Below, piece by piece: positions 56,859 to 64,000 of a stretch of DNA of 64,000 nt. Source of the stretch: an uncultured Propionivibrio sp. (GTDB lineage: Bacteria > Pseudomonadota > Gammaproteobacteria > Burkholderiales > Rhodocyclaceae); the NCBI GenBank assembly GCA_938040985.1, contig CALHZD010000095.1:447-64446 (forward strand), read 5' to 3'. How positions within the stretch are numbered: the stretch's first letter is position 1; each line of letters starts with the position of its first letter. The notes under the pieces are model-generated. The model saw nothing but the letters and a program-made list of their open reading frames with translations. It had not been told where the DNA came from and did not search any database. The translations under genes and the position numbers were made by a program.

Positions 56859-56915
56859 ATTGCAGGCAAATAGGCGATACATCAAGCGATTCCTTGATGT
56901 ATCACTTCCTGCAAT
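56859..56915. promoter_or_regulatory. 57-bp nested palindrome upstream of the TRAP permease genes
   Basis: ATTGCAGG-N9-GATACATCAAG-cgattc-CTTGATGTATC-N4-CCTGCAAT, with perfect 11-bp inner arms and 8-bp outer arms. Confidence 0.5.
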
Positions 56916-57225
56916 TCGTTATACAAGCGAGTTTTACGGGTGCGCAGAGAGCTTTTGGCATCTGCCTGGCAGGCAGTCCGGCGTGGGTGTTGCCGGTTTG
57001 TCACGCATGACCCGATTCATTTTTTGAATGATTTTAAAATTATCCCACAGAAACTTTTTTTCCGCATTTAAGCATTTAATTCTAAAAGTGCAAATGTGTT
57101 TCTAATATATTGATTATTCTGGTTTTATATCGTACAAAATAAAAATGCCCATTTTGTCCATGATACAATTTGGACATTTGCAGTACATCAAATAGCCGTA
57201 TTTTCATAAACAGGTCACGAGGAAA

Positions 57226-58479
57226 ATGATGTTCTCAGCGCAAAACACTCTGGCAAAAGTTGATCCTGAACTTTGGCAGGCAATCGCCTCTGAAAACCGG
57301 CGGCAGGAAGATCATATTGAGCTGATTGCCTCCGAAAACTATGTCAGCAAGGCTGTCATGGAAGCGCAAGGGTCACAATTAACCAACAAATATGCTGAAG
57401 GCTATCCTGGCAAGCGTTACTACGGCGGCTGTGAATATGTCGACATCGCCGAGCAAATTGCCATCGATCGCCTGAAAGCGCTGTTTGGCGCCGATTGCGC
57501 CAATGTCCAGCCCAATTCCGGCTCGCAGGCCAACCAGGCCGTCCTGATGGCTTTTGCAAAGCCGGGGGATACGCTGATGGGCATGAGCCTGTCTGAAGGC
57601 GGGCATCTGACACACGGTATGCCGCTCAATATGTCCGGCAAGTGGTTCAACGCCATTTCCTACGGCCTCAACGCCGATGAGGAAATCGATTATCCGCGCA
57701 TGGAAGCACTGGCGCGCGAGCATAAACCGCGCATCATCATTGCCGGCGCGTCGGCGTATTCGCTGCGTATCGATTTTGCCCGTTTTGCCGCCATTGCTAA
57801 GGAAATCGGCGCGATTTTCTGGGTAGATATGGCGCATTATGCCGGTCTGATTGCAGCGGGCTGTTACCCTAATCCGGTGCCGTTCGCCGATGTGGTGACC
57901 TCGACGACGCATAAGACGCTGCGCGGCCCGCGCGGCGGCGTCATCTTAATGAAAGCCGAGCACGAAAAGGCCATCAATTCGGCCGTGTTTCCGGGCCTGC
58001 AAGGCGGGCCGCTCATGCATGTCGTTGCTGCCAAAGCGGTGTCTTTCAAAGAGGCCGCTTCGCCAGAATTCGTTAAATATCAGGAGCAGGTGCTCGCCAA
58101 CGCCCGCGCGATGGTACGCGTATTGGTCGAGGAGCGCGGTTTGCGCGTCGTTTCCGGGCGTACGGAATCCCATGTTTTCCTGCTCGATCTGCGTGCTAAG
58201 AACATTACGGGTAAAGATGCTGAGGCGGCCTTGGGCAAGGCGCACATCACGGTTAATAAAAACTCGATCCCGAACGATCCGCAGAAACCGATGGTGACGT
58301 CGGGCATTCGTATCGGTTCGCCCGCTATGACAACGCGTGGTTTTACCGAGGCCGAGGCAAAAATGGTGGCCTATCTGATTGCAGATGTACTGGAAGCGCC
58401 TACCGATGAGGCGGTGTTGGCACGGGTACGCCAGCAGGTGGCCGCCTTGTGTGCGAAATTCCCGGTCTATGGTGACTGA
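57226..58479 (+). CDS. glyA: Serine hydroxymethyltransferase GlyA
   Basis: PLP-lysine motif [14 protein letters not shown] and full-length SHMT pattern. Preceded by ~230 bp of AT-rich DNA. Confidence 0.97.
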   Translation: MMFSAQNTLAKVDPELWQAIASENRRQEDHIELIASENYVSKAVMEAQGSQLTNKYAEGYPGKRYYGGCEYVDIAEQIAIDRLKALFGADCANVQPNSGSQANQAVLMAFAKPGDTLMGMSLSEGGHLTHGMPLNMSGKWFNAISYGLNADEEIDYPRMEALAREHKPRIIIAGASAYSLRIDFARFAAIAKEIGAIFWVDMAHYAGLIAAGCYPNPVPFADVVTSTTHKTLRGPRGGVILMKAEHEKAINSAVFPGLQGGPLMHVVAAKAVSFKEAASPEFVKYQEQVLANARAMVRVLVEERGLRVVSGRTESHVFLLDLRAKNITGKDAEAALGKAHITVNKNSIPNDPQKPMVTSGIRIGSPAMTTRGFTEAEAKMVAYLIADVLEAPTDEAVLARVRQQVAALCAKFPVYGD

Positions 58480-58604
58480 TCCGTTGTGATCTGTGTAAAT
58501 GGTCTGATCATGCCGGATTGCTATGCGGATCACTGCGTAAAAAATTCAGCATGATCGATTCACCCGTTGAGGTGCCCCGTTCTTTCCCCTTTCGCTGACT
58601 TCTC

Positions 58605-59054
58605 ATGAAATGCCCATTCTGCGGAGCTGCCGAGACGGCGGTTGCTGATACCCGCATTAATGACGACGGTGACATCATTCGACGCCGTCGTCGTTGCCTG
58701 CGTTGCGACAAACGTTTTTCGACCTATGAGCGTGCTGAAATCCGCTTGCCGCAAGTCGTCAAGCGCAATGGCTCGCGTGTCGATTACGATCGCGAGAAAC
58801 TCTCCGCCAGCCTTTGGCTGGCATTGCGTAAACGCCCGGTGACGGTGGAGGCTGTCGACGCGGCAATCGTTCGCATCGAGGAAAAATTGCTGGCGTTGGG
58901 TGAACGCGAAGTCGTCTCGGAGAAGATTGGCGAATTGGTTATGCGTGAACTTAAAAAGCTCGATAAAGTCGCCTACGTCCGTTTCGCCTCGGTCTATCGG
59001 AATTTTGAAGACGTGGATGAATTTACCGACATTATCCGCGAGGTATCGCCATAG
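58605..59054 (+). CDS. nrdR: Transcriptional repressor NrdR
   Basis: Zinc ribbon MKCPFCG...[16 protein letters not shown] followed by an ATP-cone. Confidence 0.96.
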   Translation: MKCPFCGAAETAVADTRINDDGDIIRRRRRCLRCDKRFSTYERAEIRLPQVVKRNGSRVDYDREKLSASLWLALRKRPVTVEAVDAAIVRIEEKLLALGEREVVSEKIGELVMRELKKLDKVAYVRFASVYRNFEDVDEFTDIIREVSP

Positions 59055-59125
59055 TGCGCAGCGTCGTAGTCGCGCAGCGCAGTCGCCTTCCCGTATTGTC
59101 GTTATCCCTAGTTTCCTATTCCGGC

Positions 59126-60211
59126 ATGTTCACTTCCGAAGATCATCGCTTCATGGCGCGCGCCCTGCGTCTGGCTGAACGCGGGCTGTTAACGACGACG
59201 CCCAATCCGCGCGTCGGCTGCGTCATTGTCAATCACGGTGAAATCGTTGGCGAAAGCTGGCACGAAAAGGCTGGCGAAGCGCACGCGGAAATCCGCGCCT
59301 TGCAGGCTGCGGGCGATGCGGCATACGGTGCAACTGCCTATGTAACGCTGGAACCCTGTAGCCATTACGGGCGTACGCCGCCTTGCGCCGAGGCATTGAT
59401 TGCCGCCGGTATTCGACGCGCCGTCGTCGCCATGGCGGATCCCAATCCGCTGGTATCCGGGCGCGGGCTGGCCCGGCTGGAGGCTGCGGGGATCACGACC
59501 GTCTGCGGCCTGCTGGAAGAGGAGGCGCGAGAACTCAATATCGGTTTCGTCAGCCGTATGGCGCGCGGTCGGCCCTGGGTGCGGCTGAAAGCCGCCGCCA
59601 GTCTTGATGGAAAAACCGCATTGAATGATGGTCAGAGTCAATGGATTACGGGGAATGCCGCGCGTCAGGATGGACACCGTTGGCGCGCGCGCGCCTGCGC
59701 CATTCTGACGGGCATCGGCACCGTTCGCTGTGACGACCCGCAATTGACCGTACGCGGTATCGATACGCCCCGCCAGCCTTTGAAGATTGTTGTTGACAGC
59801 CGGCTCGAACTCTCGCCGCAAGCGCGCCTGTTTGACGGAAATGCCGTGCTGATCGTCACCGCTACGGGGGCAGCCGAACGCATCGACAGATTACGCGGCT
59901 GTGGCGCGGAAGTGCTTGTTCTCCCCGAGCGGAGCGGGCGGGTCGACCTGAGCGCATTGACGCTTGAACTTGGACGACGCGGCATCAATGAGTTGCATGT
60001 CGAAGCGGGAAGCACGCTCAATGGCGCGCTGCTGGGCCGCGGTCTGGTCGATGAACTGCTGCTTTATCTGGCGCCTTGCCTGATTGGAAATTGTGCCCGC
60101 GGCCTGTTTGACCTGCCTGCGCTTGCATCGTTGGGGGCAAAGAAAGTGCTTGCTGTCCGTGAATGGCGGCAAATCGGCGAAGACCTACGCCTGCTGGCGC
60201 GTTTTGGCTGA
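59126..60211 (+). CDS. ribD: Bifunctional riboflavin biosynthesis protein RibD (deaminase/reductase)
   Basis: Deaminase zinc motifs HAEIRAL and TLEPCSHYGRTPPC; C-terminal reductase domain. Start moved to MFTSEDHRFM. Confidence 0.93.
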   Translation: MFTSEDHRFMARALRLAERGLLTTTPNPRVGCVIVNHGEIVGESWHEKAGEAHAEIRALQAAGDAAYGATAYVTLEPCSHYGRTPPCAEALIAAGIRRAVVAMADPNPLVSGRGLARLEAAGITTVCGLLEEEARELNIGFVSRMARGRPWVRLKAAASLDGKTALNDGQSQWITGNAARQDGHRWRARACAILTGIGTVRCDDPQLTVRGIDTPRQPLKIVVDSRLELSPQARLFDGNAVLIVTATGAAERIDRLRGCGAEVLVLPERSGRVDLSALTLELGRRGINELHVEAGSTLNGALLGRGLVDELLLYLAPCLIGNCARGLFDLPALASLGAKKVLAVREWRQIGEDLRLLARFG

Positions 60212-60460
60212 AACGAAAGATGCCTGAAGGCGCTGCGCAAACGGCGTAAAAACTTTCGACACAGATAGCAAGGCGAGCAGCCAAGCAGACATTACCCACC
60301 AATCACGCACTTTCGGGCGAGCGACGAGCCGCCCAGCCATTGACCTTGACGCGCTATGCAGGCATAGATCAGATCGGCCTATCTCCTCTCCCGCCTTGTC
60401 TCAGCAGCCTCGAATTTACCGGCGTTTTCCGCAGGTACGATCAGCGGAACGGCCGCTTTT

Positions 60461-61903
60461 TTATCTCGGCTGAATAATTTGTAAGCCCTTGAGCAAATTG
60501 AGCGCCTGCATGAACTGGTAATCTTTCTTCGAAGCCAGTTCCCGCGTCGTGATCGGCGCATCATCCTGATCGTCGGAGCGGTTGTTGTCATCCTTGTCGT
60601 TCTTCGGTGAAGGAGACTTGGTTTTTTCCGACGTTTTATTCTGCAGTGATTTGTCTGAAGCCGGCGTTTGTGCTTTTTCTTCCGTGCCGTTGGCCAGATG
60701 GTGTTCCAGATCGGCCTCGCGCAAACGCATGGAGGAACTCGAATTTCCATTGGGGCTTTCCTCGACAACGATGTCCGGCTCGATGCCTTTGGCCTGAATC
60801 GAGCGTCCCGATGGCGTGAAGTAACGCGCCGTTGTCAGCTTAATCGCCGTATTGCTGGGCAGCGGCAATACGGTTTGTACGGAACCTTTGCCAAAACTGG
60901 TCGTGCCCATAACGATTGCACGCTTGTGATCCTGTAGCGCACCGGCGACAATTTCGGAAGCAGAAGCCGACCCACCGTTGATCAGCACGACGATCGGCAC
61001 TTTGCGTACCTCGGGCGGCAGATTTCTTAGATAGTCATCACGCGTGCCGCGCAGGTAATCCTCTGGCGTGGCAAAGAATTTGTGCTTGGCATCCGGCGCG
61101 CGGCCATCGGTCGAAGTGACGAGTGATTTCGGCGGCAGGAATGCCGCGGCAACGCCGACTGCGGAGTTGAGCAGCCCGCCCGGATCGTTGCGCAAGTCGA
61201 GCACCAGACCTTTGAGCGCGCCGTCTTTGTACAGGTCGTTCAGATGTTTTGCAACGGTCGCGCCGGTGCTTTCCTGGAACGAGGTGATGCGCAGATAGCC
61301 GTAGCCCTTTTCAACGAGCTTGGATTTAACGCTTCGCACCTTGATGATCTCGCGCGTCAGCGTTAGCTCAATGGGCTTGAGCTCGCCTCTACGCATGATC
61401 GACAGCTTGATCCGGGTTTTCGGCTTGCCGCGCATGCGTTTGACGGCGTCGGAAAGCGTTAGCCCCTTGACCAGGGTATTATCGATCTTGAAGATCAGAT
61501 CGCCCGTCTTGATACCGGCGCGATCAGCCGGCGTATCCTCAATAGGCGAGATAACCTTGACCAGGCCGTCTTCCATGCCGACTTCAATGCCGAGGCCGCC
61601 GAATTCCCCTTGCGTCCCGACCTGCAGTTCCTTGTAGGCGTCGGCGTCAAGATAGGACGAGTGCGGGTCAAGGTTCCCCAGCATGCCGCTAATGGCGTGC
61701 GTAATCAGTTTCTTGTCATCGACTTCTTCGACATAGCCTTGCTTGATGGCATTGAATACTTCGGCAAAAATGCGCAGATCTTCGATCGGCAAACGATTGC
61801 GCACATCTTCTTTTTCGGCCAGCGCCGGCAATTGCAGGCTAATCAGGATGCCGCCCAGCATTCCTGCACAGACCAGACCGGCGTGTTTCAATTTATCCAT
61901 CAA
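60461..61903 (-). CDS. S41-family carboxy-terminal processing peptidase (Ctp/Prc-like)
   Basis: PDZ domain (GIKTGDLIFKIDN); catalytic-region motifs GGSASASEI and TSFGKGSVQ; Lys/Asp-rich C-terminal tail. Confidence 0.9.
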   Translation of the reverse strand: MMDKLKHAGLVCAGMLGGILISLQLPALAEKEDVRNRLPIEDLRIFAEVFNAIKQGYVEEVDDKKLITHAISGMLGNLDPHSSYLDADAYKELQVGTQGEFGGLGIEVGMEDGLVKVISPIEDTPADRAGIKTGDLIFKIDNTLVKGLTLSDAVKRMRGKPKTRIKLSIMRRGELKPIELTLTREIIKVRSVKSKLVEKGYGYLRITSFQESTGATVAKHLNDLYKDGALKGLVLDLRNDPGGLLNSAVGVAAAFLPPKSLVTSTDGRAPDAKHKFFATPEDYLRGTRDDYLRNLPPEVRKVPIVVLINGGSASASEIVAGALQDHKRAIVMGTTSFGKGSVQTVLPLPSNTAIKLTTARYFTPSGRSIQAKGIEPDIVVEESPNGNSSSSMRLREADLEHHLANGTEEKAQTPASDKSLQNKTSEKTKSPSPKNDKDDNNRSDDQDDAPITTRELASKKDYQFMQALNLLKGLQIIQPR

Positions 61904-61924
61904 TTTTGCTCCAGAACGAAGTCA

Positions 61925-63460
61925 TTACAGGCTGACCCACTTCAAGGGGTCAATCGGTTTTCCCTGATGACGTATTTCAAAGTATAAACCGGATTCCGCG
62001 TTGCCACCGCTGCTTCCTGCCGATGCAATGACATCACCGCTGTGCAATGTATCGCCGGTCTGTTTGAACAAGGTGTCATTATTGCCGTAAATCGACAGGT
62101 AGCCCCTGCCGTGGTCAATGATCAGCAGATTGCCAAAACCGCGCATCCAGTCGGCAAAGACAACCCGCCCGCCGGCGATGGCTTTGACATCGCTGCCTGT
62201 GGCGGCGCGGATGAATACGCCTTTCCACGTGCCGCCTTCCGGCCGCGCGGCGCCGAAACGGTTGGTGACGGTGCCGCGTACGGGCAGACGCATCCGTCCG
62301 CGCATTTGCGTGAGGTTGCCTGCGGGCATCGGCGCCGGCGCCTGTGCGACGCGGGTTTCTGGCGCCGGAGCGGGCGCGTTGTCTTCGGCCGGCGGCGTAC
62401 CCGCCGGACGGCGTAACCTCTGTATCCGCCGTGCTTCTTCCTGCCGAGCCGCCTCGCGCCGGGTGGCCGCCTGACGCGCCGCTTCACGGCGGGCGGCCGC
62501 TTCCTGGGCGGCGATTGCCCGATTCAGCTGATCGACTAATTGCGATAGCTGCTTCTCGTCGCGTTCGAGATTCCCGATTTTCCGCCGTTGTTCGGCAAGC
62601 TGCGTTTCCATTTTACCCAGAACGATTTTGCGTTGTGCATGCTGGACGACAAGTTTGTCACGCTGCTGTTTATGCCGGTTTTCAACGGCGGTCAGATCGT
62701 TGGCGCGCGCCTGCGTCGTCTCGGCTACATCGCGTTTGCGCTTCAGCGTCGTTTCGATATCCGCCACCATTTCGCGGCGCGCTTGCCCGACGGCTGACAG
62801 GTAGTACAGATCACGCATCGACTGATTCAAATCGTCCCCATTAAGCAGGGTTTGCAGCGCATCCGGACGGCCTTGCAGATACTGGCGGTAGACGAGTTGC
62901 TCCAGTTGCGTTTGCTGGGCCGATAACTGGCTTTCCAGATCGCGTTCCTGCTGGTTAAGCGCTTTCAGCGTTGCCTGCAATTTACTGCGTTGCAGTGACA
63001 GGGTTCTCAGATCCCGTTCGCTAGAGGAAATCTCTTTCTCGATGCTTTTCAACTGGTCGGTCGCGCTGGCATGCTTGTCCTCGGTATGTGCTACTTCCTT
63101 GCGCAGCGCTTCCAGTTGCCCGCGTAGCTCACGTAAATTTCCCTGTTTTCTGGAGACTTCCTGCTGCGTTGAAAAGACGGCCTTTGCCGGCGAGGATTTT
63201 CGCGCGGGTTTTATTTCCCGGGTGTTCGCTTTAACGCCGGATTTTGTGGCGACCGTCTTTGTCGTAATGACTTTTTTTCCAGGTTTTCTGGCGCTATTGT
63301 CCGCCTTGGCAAAAGCGGGTACGGAGGTCTGCAATACAACCGCAATTATCAACAACAAGCACGCCACGCCGCCGTATGCAGTGCGAAAAACAGGCAACGC
63401 ACGCCCTGCGGCGGGAAACATGCCGGGCAATGCCACGGAAGTCAGGCGAAGTAAGCGCAT
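61925..63460 (-). CDS. EnvC-like murein hydrolase activator (coiled coil + M23/LytM domain)
   Basis: Long Gln/Arg/Glu-rich coiled-coil region, then a C-terminal LytM-like GVFIRAATGSDVKAIAGGRVVFADWMRGFGNLLIIDHG.GYLSIYGNN. The start is uncertain (63460 or 63496). Confidence 0.85.
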   Translation of the reverse strand: MRLLRLTSVALPGMFPAAGRALPVFRTAYGGVACLLLIIAVVLQTSVPAFAKADNSARKPGKKVITTKTVATKSGVKANTREIKPARKSSPAKAVFSTQQEVSRKQGNLRELRGQLEALRKEVAHTEDKHASATDQLKSIEKEISSSERDLRTLSLQRSKLQATLKALNQQERDLESQLSAQQTQLEQLVYRQYLQGRPDALQTLLNGDDLNQSMRDLYYLSAVGQARREMVADIETTLKRKRDVAETTQARANDLTAVENRHKQQRDKLVVQHAQRKIVLGKMETQLAEQRRKIGNLERDEKQLSQLVDQLNRAIAAQEAAARREAARQAATRREAARQEEARRIQRLRRPAGTPPAEDNAPAPAPETRVAQAPAPMPAGNLTQMRGRMRLPVRGTVTNRFGAARPEGGTWKGVFIRAATGSDVKAIAGGRVVFADWMRGFGNLLIIDHGRGYLSIYGNNDTLFKQTGDTLHSGDVIASAGSSGGNAESGLYFEIRHQGKPIDPLKWVSL

Positions 63461-63746
63461 GATGCGGATAAAGGGCGTAGAGGGAGACAGCCTCATAAAC
63501 AGGAAATACAGGAAATATTTTATAATGGACTGCCTTTTTGAACGAACGTTGACGCAACGCTTTTCGCAAACAGGGCGTTTGCGCCGACTGAAAATTTTGC
63601 CTCTGGGCCGGTGCGTTCTGTCTATGTTTTTTGTCTTGATTGGTAGGATGGAACGCGCCTACGGCGGGAAGTGTTTTCGGCCTTAGCCTGCATCCCGTGC
63701 TTTCAGTGCCTATTCGGCGAACAAGAATTTAGGGAGTGGATAGGGA

Positions 63747-64000
63747 GTGGATTTGGAATTTATTCAGCAGAATATCTTATACGTCGCAATGGCGGCCATC
63801 AGCGGCAGCCTCTTTTTATTTTTGACGTTTCGCCGCCCCGACGCCAAGTACATGATCGATGCGGCGCGTGCGACACAACTGATCAACCGTGAGGATGCGG
63901 CGATCGTCGATGTCCGCGAAACGTCGGAATACGTCGAAGGCCATTTACCGCAGGCGCGTAGTATTCCCCTCGGGCAGCTCGAACAACGTCTTGGCGATCT
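63747..64000 (+). CDS. Membrane-anchored rhodanese-domain protein (5' part, runs off the window)
   Basis: GTG/TTG start region, one TM segment (ILYVAMAAISGSLFLFL), then a rhodanese-like AIVDVRETSEYVEGHLPQARSIPLGQL. It is not in the ORF track because it is open at the window end. Confidence 0.6.
   Translation, partial: MDLEFIQQNILYVAMAAISGSLFLFLTFRRPDAKYMIDAARATQLINREDAAIVDVRETSEYVEGHLPQARSIPLGQLEQRLGD

Noticed and set aside
56940-57000. Possible ZTP (pfl) or folate-type riboswitch in the glyA upstream region. The minus-strand GGGTCATGCGTGACAAACCGG... vaguely recalls the ZTP 5' motif.
   Set aside because: It is on the wrong strand for glyA, the conserved CCGCCTGGGC 3' sub-domain is absent, and the match to the 5' consensus is partial. 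The + strand leader of glyA is simply AT-rich.
60442-60462. Hairpin AGCGG-aacgg-CCGCT plus a T-run near the ctp stop, as a terminator.
   Set aside because: The stem is only 5 bp and lies ~230 nt downstream of ribD on the + strand. On the minus strand the A-run precedes the hairpin, so it cannot terminate ctp. It is too weak to call.

Overview
This is a GC-rich chromosomal segment; G+C was judged by eye, not computed. The synteny looks betaproteobacterial: rsmB / DUF4390-like / NtrY-NtrX-like pair, DUF971 / ubiE / Tim44-like / ubiJ-like, thyA-folA, nrdR-ribD, envC-ctp. That taxonomic placement is an inference. I can support about 56 protein-coding genes, mostly housekeeping. I saw no rRNA, tRNA, CRISPR array, transposase, integrase or phage gene. 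Many long ORFs in the track are antisense shadow ORFs of GC-rich genes and are not reported. Most start codons below were re-assigned by me from N-terminal family features, RBS and neighbour spacing, so they are approximate.

The observations most worth follow-up are:
1. 49.8-53.0 kb: a lower-GC five-gene operon. A CsgG/HfaB-family outer-membrane lipoprotein is encoded with three secreted proteins built from one shared ~31-aa Asn/Gly/Ser/Thr-rich repeat, plus a disordered secreted protein. A sigma54-like promoter lies upstream and a clean terminator downstream. This is a candidate new curli/holdfast-anchor-like (type VIII-like) fibre secretion system.
2. 19.6-27.4 kb: a hyf/hyc-like membrane complex operon whose large subunit has lost all four [NiFe]-ligand cysteines (Ehr-type, hydrogenase-related, function unknown). 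It has no NuoI/HycF-like ferredoxin subunit and no hyp or fdh genes. It is translationally coupled to an acylphosphatase.
3. Five copies in 64 kb of a polar, composite intergenic repeat: a conserved ~65-bp head with duplicated AAAACATAAA, plus arrays of stem-loops that show compensatory stem changes.
4. 12.1-12.3 kb: a DnaA-box cluster plus AT-rich tract between priA and hemE.
5. About 15.68 kb: a ubiJ-like gene interrupted by a frameshift at a C4 run.
6. Two divergent PilZ-type paralogues bracketing yjgA-pmbA.
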